A DNA stretch of 64,000 nucleotides, taken from positions 12,648,001 through 12,712,000 of the forward strand of contig CP075494.1 in assembly GCA_021613535.1 (NCBI GenBank), given 5' to 3'. Each line of letters starts with the position of its first letter. Positions within the stretch are counted from its first letter, which is position 1. A model generated the notes under the pieces. It saw only the letters and a program-made list of their open reading frames with translations, was not told the DNA's origin and did no database searches. The position numbers were made by a program, and so were the translations under genes. Shown here piece by piece: positions 1 to 13,872 of this stretch. The DNA comes from Adineta vaga. Lineage: Eukaryota > Animalia > Rotifera.

Positions 1-1594
1 AAACTTTAAAAGAATTTTTCATCTACTGAAGTATCAGATTGTTCTAACTTTTCATTGAATTGACACAAGATTTCTTCCAATGGTTTCTTGATGACATTCG
101 AAAGAACATTGAGACGACCACTATATCGCGAGAAAAACAGTTCAACTAAAATAATAATACATGACAACAACAAACCGATGTGGCATGCCAAAAATAACTG
201 TATCAACACCAGCTTTGACTACAGTATCAATAATCATTTTCATTGCTGGTATCAACATTTCACATCCTTCAACACCAAAACGTTTTTCCGAACTCCATTT
301 TCTCTTTAAAAAGTCTTCAAATCTACAACATGAAAAAAAATTATTTTTAATGAATTAACAAATGTGAGATTTTTATTCATACTGAGTTGCGTGGATAAGT
401 CGTCGAGTTGCACGATGAATTTCTTCACTTGAGAATACTTTTCGTGATGAATCTTCGAAACGTTCTCGAATCCAATTACATTTTTCACGATTATTGATGT
501 ACATGTATTCAATACCAATTGTTCCGCAATAAACATGCTATCAACATCAAATACAAATCTTTAATCAAGCAATAGGGCAGGAAAAGCTAAAGAGTAGATA
601 TGATCAGGAGGAGAAGAAGTACTGTATATAAGATATGCACAATTCATTCATTCGAATGATATCATTAATCTAATGAAGTATCTCGGGCAAGATTTTCCAT
701 CAACGATGCGAAGAGAGCGAAATCACTAATTTTTATGCAGAAACATAAGCCACCCCTGCCGCGAAGGAAAGACTTACCTATGTTCAAACTTTTGAAATTC
801 ATAAAGTATTCATCAGATAATATATAATTCTACTAAAATATCTGACGTATCTTACTTCTAATCGGCGAATAATTTCTTTTAAAGTTAATTGCTCTTCTTG
901 ATCACTAATAAATGTAAATGATGGCAGATAAAATTTACGATTTAGATCAGCTTCGGCTAGAAATTAAAATATGAATTCATTGTACGGATTTGATAGTCTT
1001 ACAGAAGTTATAAAATTGAAATGAGAGGTCATTTGGTCTATCAGTATCAAGATCGATTGATGAGATCCCAAGTGGATCAAGCTGAGCTACTTTATGACCA
1101 CGCATCTATGAAAGACGATTATGAAGAAAGAATTTAGTCTATGGTCTTGCAAACCTGAAAGGATCGAACAAGTGATGCTATGGCCATATGATCCATAACA
1201 GCTTGAGTATCTACTAGAATGTTATTAGCGCCAGTAATGAGTGGTTTTTCGCTATACGATGTTTTTCCAACATTCTGTAAGTAAGCTGTCGAAGAAGGAA
1301 TGATGCTCGATGAAAAAGATTTCACTTGTTTTTGATTACGGAAATGAAGATCCCAAGACTATGTAGAAATGATTGAACGTTTTACAGTTTCTTTTTATGT
1401 AAGCATGAGAATTCTACTTTATGGACTGATTGAGGATCATTCAACCATTGTTTATACATCTCATTGACATAACTGGAAGAGGATTCATTAGAATCATGAG
1501 ATTTATATATACTACGAGTTGATAATATTAATCTTGGAATAGATCGAATAGCTAACAAATGTGGTCGAGCAATCGATGCAACTAGTCGTTCCAT
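1..1594 (-). CDS. OGDH: 2-oxoglutarate dehydrogenase E1, 5' part (multi-exon, continues off the left edge)
   Basis: Spliced exons read [18 protein letters not shown] (mitochondrial presequence-like), [19 protein letters not shown]|[68 protein letters not shown]. These are OGDH signature motifs, separated by GT-AG introns. Confidence 0.95.
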
Positions 1595-2642
1595 CGAAAA
1601 TCTAAAATCGGTATTAAATGGACTCCATAAAAAAACTTTTCCAAGTAATTTTCGTTTTTTGTAAAAAAACCCGCATATCGTTGCCAAGGAAACTGCTTAC
1701 AGCTGATCGACGTCATAATCCAAACACTTCATTGATTTTTCCCATTATCCTCCATCAAAAATACTTACTGACTAAACTTTTACCGTCGAAAATGTTTTTT
1801 TCCCGTAAATAAATCATTATTTTAGAATATTTTCGTCTCTTGTGTTTGGAGTAATCCTATTCGAAGCGCTAGGTGCAATTTGAATCGTCACATGTTTATT
1901 GCATGTTGATGTCGAAACATAAATCATTTAACGGAGGAAGAAAGAAGTAAAAAAAGGAAGAAAGTACATATACTATACTGAATCAAATAATTGCTTTACT
2001 AAATATTTTTATATGAATTATGCTTTTTCATATTTAGAATGGCGAAATTTATAGTACCGAGTAAACCTTTCTTTTGTATTTTGTTGGTTTTTTCCTTCGA
2101 TTATTTTTCTTCCTTTATGAAATTGATACTTTTGTTTTTCTGTTTCGTTTCTTGATGAATATCGAACTAATTCAATTCGTTGAACAATAGAAAAAATTGC
2201 GTTCTGTTCAATATTTTTTTTTCAACATTCAATCATCTGACATCGATTGCCCCATGATAACCTGATTTCTTTCTTTTTTTCTTTCGTTCTCTTGATTTTC
2301 CCCATCCTACCCCATTAAACATCGACGACGATGTCGTCGTCGTTGCCTTCTTCTCTCCCCTATTTATTCTTTTTTCTTCTTTACCAATTGAGGCGAACTT
2401 GCGTTCGGCAGCAAATGTTTCTCGCAACCTCTTTCTTTTCGTCGACATTGTTGTCTTCTTGTCCTCCATGAATAACAAAAGAAAAAACGCACATTGGTAA
2501 AAGATAAAGAAAGGAAAAACCTTTTTTTTTGCTTCTAGATTTTTTTCTCTCTCTCTCTCTCTTTTTCCTCTTACTTCCTAAACAACAATTGAAATAATCG
2601 TCTTATTACGTCAGAATCAATCTGTATATTGTGTCGCAGAGA

Positions 2643-3372
<730 letters not shown>

Positions 3373-3479
3373 AAATTTCGAGACATGATCAAGTGTGCAA
3401 CAAATAATCATCAAAAAAAGAGACATAAAATACGTCTATTACAACATATATCCTCTTTTTTTCGTGTTTGTTTGTTTGT

Positions 3480-3505
3480 TTCTTCTTCTTCTTCTTCTTC
3501 TTCTT
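3480..3505. repeat. (TTC)n microsatellite in the UBE2D copy 1 3' UTR
   Basis: Directly visible tandem TTC units. Confidence 0.8.
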
Positions 3506-4457
3506 TTCCTTTTTCAATAGCACACATTTACTTTCTCTTTTTAAACTTGTCTTTCTTCTCTTTTTTTTCTGTTCGTGTGTTTGAATGAACATGAAGTGAG
3601 TGAAAACGAGAGAGACATATATATTCAACAAATTCACATAACATCATCATTTACTATTGTGTGTGCGTGTATTTATATGTATGTACGATATGTTTGTGTT
3701 TATGTTATGAAAGAAAAAAAAACAATGAGGATTTAGAGAAAAATGTTCAATGATTGACACATTGATGATGATTATCTATGTCCTTCGTTGGTTTTATTTC
3801 TTTGTTCATTGTCTTTGTCTATCTCTTTTTGTTCTTTACTTTTTGACTAAAACAAATTTAACAAAAAACAAAATGTCATGTTTTTTACGAACGATTCGAA
3901 AGGAAAGAAAGCAATTACCAACCGATTGCTTCATTTCTCGATTGTTATGTTGGAAAAACAAAGAAGAACGAAAGTACTTCATTTGTTACATAATCTTTAC
4001 TTCGAGATAAACTCTTTCTTTCTTAAATAAAAATCTTCAATATTATATGATTTCTTGTTTTGTTTTAGATTACTAACGGTGGTGAAATTATTTTAACTCG
4101 AAAATCGTAAAAGTAGATGAATCATCTATGACGAAGTTTTGCACCTCTATTGTGACAAATCGAATATAATGAATACGCTGACAGGTCATGTTAGATTCGA
4201 TTTTTTTGTTAATAGGAATAGTACATTCGAAGATATTTAGTTTTTCCTTTATTTCTACAGATAAGTTTTCGAGATCTTTGATATTTGTAAATATTACGAT
4301 AACATATCTTATGTACATTTCTTGTCATTTTCGACTGATTACCATATTTAATTCCCTTATGTGAAAGAAACTTCTTTTTCCTCTTGTTTTCATGCTTTCA
4401 AATTAATGGATATATTCATTTAACCTAGATAAAGAAAATTCATTACATAGAATTCAA

Positions 4458-5196
<739 letters not shown>

Positions 5197-5821
5197 TAAT
5201 CATAAAAGTTCCTTTTTTTCTTTTGTCATGTACACTACAGTGAACTACAACGAATAAATATAAACACTTCTTTTTTTGTTGTTGACATCATTCAGCAAAG
5301 TTCGATGTATATAAATAAACAAGAGCGAAAGAGATCAAATTATAATATTCATAGAAGATGATGTATATCAAAACAAATGATCTATTTTATTCTTGATTGA
5401 AAAGGAAAGTCATATATAAATTCAATAAATTACAACAAATATGATCTAAATTTTTAGATGCATGTCATAGACAGATGCATTCCGATTTTACGATCCTATC
5501 CTTGTGATCTAGGATATATATATATTTCATTGTGTTTATCTCTTTTTCTTTTCTTCTTACGACGAAAAAAGACCTCTATCGTAGATGGATAGCCAAATGG
5601 ATTTTCTTTTCTCTTCTTATTTCACTCGAAATAAAAGCACGTAGAGTTAAATCATTAGGTGCAGACATGTTCGCACAGAAAGAGCAAAGTACATTGTTGA
5701 TGACTGATTCATGTTTAAACGTATGGTTCGATTCTGGTGTCCCTTTCATTCTATTGTTAGTATATAAATATCATTTTTATACTTCTTTTTATAGATATTT
5801 TGAGTAGAGACAAGATCAAAA

Positions 5822-6972
5822 ATGGTCACTTTAGTATCGCATATTTCTGACTATTTCGAACAATTTAATAGTTCATTAACAAATGATTTCAATTCGAATA
5901 CACATGGTTTACCAACAGATAACGATCTTCGAACATATTATGTATTTGATTTTGAGCGATATAGTGATAAAATAGGAACATTAAACGATCTTCGAACATT
6001 CATGATTCAACGTTGGCATAATAGTTTTTTCTATGCCATTGCATATTTATTACTTATCTACGGTGAGTTTAATAAAGATAAGAAGAAAAAATTCTTTATT
6101 GAAATTTATTCTATCGATAGCTGGTCAAATGTATATGAAAAACAAGCCTCGATTTGAATTACGATTGTGGTTAGCTGCATGGAGTGGATTACTTGCTATA
6201 TTTTCAATCTTTGGTGCACTTCGTGTTCTACCTGAATTGATTTTTGTGATATATCGACATGGAATTAAAGATTCAATCTGTAATAATTCCAATGCATTTG
6301 GTGTAGTTGGATTTTGGTAAGAGAGAAAGAGAGATTTTCTTTGTTTAAAAGAAAAGAAAACGATTGTCTGTTATCATATTTTAGGACATGGGCATTTTGT
6401 TTCTCGAAATTACCTGAATTAATTGATACTGTTTTTATTGTTCTTCGTAAACAACCATTAATTTTTCTTCATTGGTATCATCATGCATCCGTTTTAGTTT
6501 ATTGTTGGTTTAGTTATCAAGATTACAGTTCAACTGGAAGGTAAAATTAAATCAGCTAATGCAAGATAAGAATGTTTAATTTTAGATGGTTTTGTGGATT
6601 AAATTATGTTGTTCATGCTGTTATGTATTCGGTATGTACAATTGGAATAGTATTCCTCAAATTTTCATATTATTTCTCTTGTAGTATTATGCTTTTCGTG
6701 CTCTTCGTTTTCGTATTCCACGTTGGATATCAATGACAGTAACAATGCTTCAATTGACACAGATGGTTGTTGGATGTTGGATTAATTTAAAAGCTTGGCA
6801 ATATAAAAAGAATGGCGAAACTTGTCATGTAACCGATGAAAATCTCAAGGTGTCACTCGTGATGTATGGAACATATTTTATCTTATTTGCTCAATTTTTC
6901 TTTGGTTCATATATATTTAAAACATCACAAAGCAAAAAGTCAAATGAAGAAGTCAGAAAAAAGATTGAGTAA
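5822..6972 (+). CDS. ELOVL6: Very-long-chain fatty acid elongase (ELOVL6/GNS1-SUR4 family), 5 exons
   Basis: [26 protein letters not shown] (HxxHH box), [20 protein letters not shown], and a C-terminal KKIE* ER-retrieval motif. Confidence 0.92.
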
Positions 6973-7459
6973 ATCTTCTTGTGAGAATGTATAGCCACGT
7001 TGTTTTTATAAATATTCATGTGATATTTGAAAAAAAAACAATAAATTGGCAACAAGGTGACGCATGATATGATTTCTATTCTTCCAAAATAAAAAACATA
7101 TCGATAATATTCAACATGATAGACGAGTTTTGTCATGATGGATACATCTCTTTCAAAGTCATTTACGATATAAAAATCAAATGATTGAAAAGTATACTTT
7201 CAAATATTTGATCAATGTAACAAACAAAACTCGAAATTTGATAAATATTTTTGTTTGATGTTTAATTGATCGAATCTAATGTAAACCATCTGGTTAGAGA
7301 AGTTCGTCAGTTTTGTTATTTGATGTAATGTTCCATGTATATTCAGTGTAATATTTTTCTAATAAAAGAATACGAGATTTCTTCAGGCATAGAATTCTTT
7401 CGATCGAATTCTTCTCTACTATAGTTGTAAATAACAAATATTCCTCTAAAATAAGACTA

Positions 7460-9279
7460 ATGAATAGAATAGAAATCATCCGCTTGATTTTTTTTCTATG
7501 TTTAATGAAGAATATTCGATCATTTAAAAATGCTATAAATCTAACAATTATATCGAATGATACTTATGAAATTACTAGAATTCTTAACGAACTTTTGCAA
7601 GATTATCAAGCACATATTCGACCTAAATTCAGCAGTAACATAAATAATTCTTTTAATTCACTTATTTATTTTTCTCTCTTTTCATTTAATAGATGGTTCA
7701 GCAATGATCGATGCTGATATTTTAGTCAATTCATTTGGTCCGATTCAAGAGATGGATATGGTTTATTTTCAATTGAATCTTTGATATTCTCAATTCTTAT
7801 TTCATTTTTAGTCGTATACAATAAATTGTTATTTTCGACAACGATGGCGTGATGAACGTTTACAATTTGCCGAAGATGTTGGCGTTCTTTCATTATCTAC
7901 ACGTATGCTTGAACGTCTTTGGAAGCCAGATACAATCTTCTATAATTCAAAACATTCGTTTTTACATTCAATACCAACAAGCAATCGTTTATGGAGATTA
8001 TTTCCCGATGGTACCATATGGTACTCGTCACGGTAAAAAAACGCAATCGATTTCAATGAAATTTCATTGTTGTTGATCTTAGAATAACAGTCAAAGCGAA
8101 ATGTAATATGAATTTAAAAAATTTTCCTCTCGATACACAGATTTGTCAATTGTTGATTGGTAGTTGTAAGTAGATGAATAATACAGAGAATGATATATAG
8201 TTAAATGTTTATTTTCAGTTGCAAATTCAGCATTAGATATTCAATATGTTTGGCGATTAGGCAATAATAAAAGTGTTCATTTTGATACGAAAGTTCTGTT
8301 ATCACAATTTGATCTCGTTCAATATTCACAGTTTAATGAAATTATTCCTATGAATGGACGTATGTAGAAGAAGCGCTTGTTTTTATATGAACGGTCAAAG
8401 TATAAGGGATAGAACTAGTCATTTTCAGTTGACAGATCAGTTCTCAAAAGAAATTCACATGAAAGACGTTGACAACATGTTATACTTACTTTGATATCGA
8501 CAAGATAAATAAGTTTATTTTACTGATATTGTTTGTCTACTGTAGGAAACTTTTCTGTACTTCGTATTGATTTCGTTCTTAAACGTCATATGGGTTATTA
8601 CATTATTCAAGTATATATTCCTAGTTCTATGTTAGTCATGTTATCATGGGTTTCATTTTTTATTCATCGAGAAGCGACAGCAGATCGTGTCAATATTGCC
8701 GTGATGACTTTTCTGAGTTTAACAACATTAAGTTTTGATATGCGACATCATACTGCTGCTATATCATATCTTACTGCACTTGATTGGTTTGTTATTATGG
8801 CTTATGTATTTCTTTTTGCTTCATTAATTCAATTTGCTTTTGTTCATTATTTTACAAAGGTTTGAGTGGACAACATCAACTTTGTTTTTCTGATAGATTT
8901 GTTTTTTTCTTTCATGTAGTTTGGATATGGTGAACCATTGATACGTTATCAAGATTCATTTGATGACACTACATTAAGTAGTAACAATATGCGAGGAAAT
9001 AATCTTGATTTTCGCCCGTCAATAATCTATTCAGATGTTGCAAATATTCATGATAGATCTAGAAAATTATGTTTAAATAATACGCATCGTTATCTGAATC
9101 GATTCTGGTTTTGTTTATCAGGTGATACAGATTATAAACGTTTTATACGTAAACGAACATCACGCGTTGGTGTAAATAGTCGAAGTCAATTAGATGTATA
9201 CGCACGTATTGTATTTCCAACTAGTTTTATTCTATTTAATATTTTATATTGGTTTTATTTTCTTTGTTTTCAATATTAA
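7460..9279 (+). CDS. Cys-loop ligand-gated ion channel subunit, GABA-A/glycine receptor family (GRD/alpha-like), 7 exons
   Basis: Signal peptide; YFRQRWRDERL; LWKPDTIFYN; Cys loop CNMNLKNFPLDTQIC; M1 YYIIQVYIPSSMLVMLSWVSF; M2 ADRVNIAVMTFLSLTTL; M3 TALDWF; M4 LDVYARIVFP. Confidence 0.93.
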
Positions 9280-10254
9280 AGAACAACTCATGAATGATTT
9301 AGATAAAAGAAACTTTTAAGTGCAGTCTCTTTGGGGTTTCAATGTGGAATTTACATTGTCTATTTACGATAATAGCGTGTACATAATGATGTTTTGTCTG
9401 AAACCGAGATATCGCTAAGATAGAGTTTTGTCTATTATAGGTTTGTGGTTGTAATGAACAACTCACAATGAATCAATGAGTTATCTCGCAATTCACTCAA
9501 CAAAGAATAATAGATAATATGATATATGTACCAGTACATTTTCATTACGTGAATTATATATCTGTTCAATACTGAGGATTGCATTACTAAAAGAAATGGA
9601 TTCCGGTTGGATCCTTTATATAGATCAATATAATAGTCATTGAACGGTGCCTTATTTTCGTCTATCAATTAGATCTACATCGAATAATGATCGCTTAATT
9701 CAGTCTATCGATTATTGTCCTGCAACATCTTAATAGTCCGTTGTAGAAAAAACTTACAATGAACTTAAAATTGATTAGAATTATGATCAAATTCAAGTAT
9801 TTAAAAGTTGTCTTTCGTATAATCCGATAACCGATACTGATGCAAGACATGCTTTGTTGCAGTCACCTGTTGATACAAGAAGACGTTTCGGAAAAATTCA
9901 ATTTATTTCATTTGAAATGGAAAGAGCTGTATGTTTGGTATCACCTAGTAAACTTATACCAGTTAGTTATTATTTATATCAATATCAAGCACAAGAAGAA
10001 GTTTGATTGAATATCAACTTTGAATTTGATGCTAAACACTTGTCGTTTCTAATGTAGGATATTCTATCAAAGACACATTCGAGAAAGATTAATCGAATCA
10101 ATTTTTAGCCAAATGAATTTTTATTAAATAAAGAGCGAAAAAAAAAACGATCCTACAAATGACATCTATGTTTTCTGTTTTTTTTACAAAAAACAAACAA
10201 ACAAACAATAAAATTCTATTCTTTTTTAGTTTTTTTCTTTCTCAAAAATTAAAT

Positions 10255-13200
10255 CTAAATATATTCTGTTGTATAATATTTATTGGCATCCTTTTTCAAT
10301 ATCACGTGTAGTGGGTTAAAGGGGATTGTATTATGTGATGATGTATTGGCATATTCAGATATAACAACTGTTTCGGTATTAGTATTTTCGGGAATTGTTA
10401 ATGGTTGTTTAAAATGTGATGTTCGTCGTGATGACAATTCACTACCACAAGTTGTTCCTTCAATATCACTTGTAGTGGCATCGATTAGATTAGGATATGC
10501 ACTATGAATTGTATTATCGACAATATATTCTTTTTGATTAAATGTTGGCGGTGGTGATGTTGATGGCGGTGATGGTAATAGATTTAACTCAACATGATTT
10601 GGTATAACAATAGCAGATAGAGTTGTATTATCACTGAGTGGATTAACTACAACAGTTGTGACCGGTTTTGTTACTGGTTCAACGATAACTTCTGCAGATG
10701 GTTCTGGTTCAATCTTGGTAGAACCCGGTGCTGTTGATTCTTGTTCAGGATCGGCAGTAACTGATACAGTTGGTTCTACTACAGGCGGTGCAGGGGATGG
10801 TGATAATTCGATACCTGTAGATTTTGGAGGATCCGATGCTGATTGTGGTACTACCGGTTTCAATGGAGTCTTTGTATCTTCAGATAGATCAGCACCATAA
10901 ATACCACTATCAGCTGCAGTCAATGCAGGTTTTGGAGGACCAGTGTCAGGTTTTGAATCTGCCGGAACATTTGATTTGAATCGACTAGTACTTGCTTCAG
11001 CGATTTGTACAGTTCGCTCAGGAACAAGTTTAGGTTTGGCACCTGGTTTTGCCGTCTCAGTCTTCTGTTCAAGCAATGGTGCCTTATCAGAGGATTTTCC
11101 AACTGGTTTAGATACTGCACTAGTACTTGTTGAAGCTGCACTTTTATTTCCATTATTCGATGAACCTGATGATCGACGTCTATAATTAGAAAATTATTTA
11201 CTTTAATGAAAAAAAAATAATCCCATCTCATTTTTCTCATATAAATAGATGCATATATCATAGTTTAATAGGTTAGACAAGGATTCATGACTAGTAAGTC
11301 TGTCTTCCGGAATTATGATTAAAATATCTAATCCAAAAATATATTTAAAACAAAACACAAAGGAAATCACAGAATTTTCAACGAGATTACTGTTTCTTTT
11401 TTGTTTCATATAAAATTGCGTGTCAATGAATTTATCGAAGTTAATTGGATTGAAAGATTTAACTGATCATAAAATCTGTAGATATAAAATCGTTTCCGAG
11501 CGAATTCCGGTAAATGAATAGCACGAATGAAAAACAAAATATAGTTTTTTATCCACTCTTAGTCAATTTTGATATAAAGGAAAACAAGCACATAAAAGCT
11601 TCGAATCACTTAAAGCAGTTCCCTATTGAGTTCTAGCACTCTTATTTCTCTAAAGACATGTCAATTTGATTGCTCTTGAACGAAAGACAAAGATGCGATC
11701 TGAAATTCGACAATGAAGAAAGACAAATTCAATTTCTATTCAACGTCATTCTAACGAAGATAACTAACAAGAAAAAAGAGAAAGAAAACGAACTCGATGC
11801 TTTTCATTGAGGATGTCAGGATTATCTTTTCCTTCCTTCCTTCCTTCCTTCAAAAATAGGAATAACACTAATTTACATCAAATACAATCACAACTTTTTC
11901 TTTTCTCTTTGTTTTGATGAAAATCTAACAGACAATATGATAATGATTTGATTTACCTTTTAAGAAAAATAAAAACAACAATTCCAGCAGCAATTGCACA
12001 AAGAAGAACTATTATACCAGCGATAATTCCAATAATAATTTCTAGAAGCAAAAACAACAACAAACACCATGAAGATTATTCGTTGCAATTCAATCTTTAT
12101 TTTCTAACCTTTCCGAAAAAATCGTTTTGCTGCTGTTCCATTGATAAATTTCATATCAGTATCATTCAAAGATGGAATGATCGCCGTTGTCGGCATAATA
12201 GTTGTTGACGATTGAATAGTAACAGCTGAAGATATAGCAGATTCTTTGGCTGATGAATCAATAGCAAGTCCTTCAGAATTATATTGTGAACGTGCTATGG
12301 ATGGTACAACTAATGGAAATCAATAAGAAATGTCGTTATTTGACAATAAGAATTAAATTACTTTTATATCGTATTTTGAAATAGCGTGGTTTTTTTGAAA
12401 TACTTGTTTTTAATGAAATATATAAAGAATTCGATGCAATTAAATATCGTGAATTTGGTAATGGATTATTTAATGATCGATCAGCACCACACCATGTATA
12501 ATATGCTTTCCAATTAAGATTCTTATCTTGATTGGTTTCATCATACGATGAATCATAACCAAGAATTTCAATAAATTCTGTACGACATTTAATTGCTTCT
12601 TGCAAACGTATTTGTATTGGAGATAATTCAATATACATTGAAGCATCAGCTTCTACAAAAAATTCATTTTTGAAAAGAAATCTTTTCATAAAAACAAAGC
12701 AATTCATACCGATCGTTATAGAGCATGTTAAATTATCAGCCATTGGATGAGGATAGGCCGGAGAAATAATATATCCATACAATGTATTTCTTATAGGTGT
12801 TGTATCTGTACACATTGTATGCACTGATAAAATTTTAAGAGAAGAAAAGGAAAAGATTTGCTGTCAGAATTAATTGAAAAAAATATGAATATTTACTTTG
12901 TATACAAGTATATTTAACAAAGAAATATGTTGGTGGATATGTTTTATCACCACATTGAAGATAATCTCGACTTGAAATTTCTATTGAACACGTTTTATTT
13001 CCTTCACATGATGATCCATCAATAAATGCTTGACAATGAACAAGATATTCTGAATGATCATCAGGTGCACACATTTGTGTTCGTCGATAAACTTTTCGAA
13101 TAGTTATATCAGTTAATAAGGCTCGTTCATCTCCACAAGATATTTGATGATGACCTTCTTCTGTTGCACACCAAAATTTATCATAAGTTTTCGATTGAAC

Positions 13201-13872
13201 TAAACAAAATTATCTTTGATAGATTAGACGATGCTCAAATCGACAAGGTCATTTCTTTCACAACCACAAGTCGATCATAATCGAATTAAGATAACAGCAT
13301 CGTTAAGATTAATTAGGAAGTACATCGAGAATGCTACTGATCGAGACAAATATGTAAAAGAGGGTACTGCTATGCATACGTAAAAAAAAAGTCATTCCTA
13401 ATACAATTAAAAAAGCATCAAGCAGATTCGAAACATGAACATCGCAATAAACTTCTTCTTCTTCTTCTTCTTTCTTTTTTTATATAAATTTTCATCGCTC
13501 TAAGATATGTTTAAGTGTATTTTATTAGTTTTTCTTACTCCAGAAATATTAGTTTCCTTACACGTCATACTTTTCTTTCATTGGATACAAAAGACTAACA
13601 TATTTTTTTAAGTAAATCTCGCAACACACTAGTCTTCCTTTTAAATCTACCTAAAGCTATCTACATTCTACCATTATTTCTTAAATCAATTACTGAGAAA
13701 ACTCTTCGATGTGATGATGATAGTTCAAGGTTGAACATGTCAAATTCATATTCGGATCATTAAATTGAGAAATATTCATCAATGTTAATTAACAATACAT
13801 ACCTAATTGTGAATAATAATACAAACTGGTAACGAAGGCCAGGATGTACTCAGGCCGAAGCCATACGACCAT
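10255..13872 (-). CDS. Type I membrane protein: signal peptide, SUEL/galactose-lectin-like domain, CUB domain, TM helix, Pro/Ser/Thr-rich tail
   Basis: Exon at 13872 gives MVVWLRPEYILAFVTSLYYYSQL. Cys-rich CEGNKTCSI...YFFVKYTCI (SUEL-like); GYIISPAYP...TCSITI...WCG...SNSLYI (CUB); TM IIIGIIAGIIVLLCAIAAGIVVFIFL at about 11960-12040; last exon 11180-10255 ends YTTEYI*. Confidence 0.78.

Noticed and set aside
5921-5999. Exact 16-nt direct repeat aacgatcttcgaacat (5921-5936, 5984-5999)
   Set aside because: Only two copies, in frame inside the ELOVL coding exon (NDLRT twice). Not a CRISPR array or a target-site duplication.
9435-10040. Coding-looking fragments between the channel and receptor genes
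   Set aside because: Short, interrupted by stops and not assignable to any family by eye.
10283-11261. Alternative-frame and antisense ORFs over the receptor tail exon (similar ones at 29956-30345 and 57115-57387)
   Set aside because: Shadow ORFs of real coding exons.
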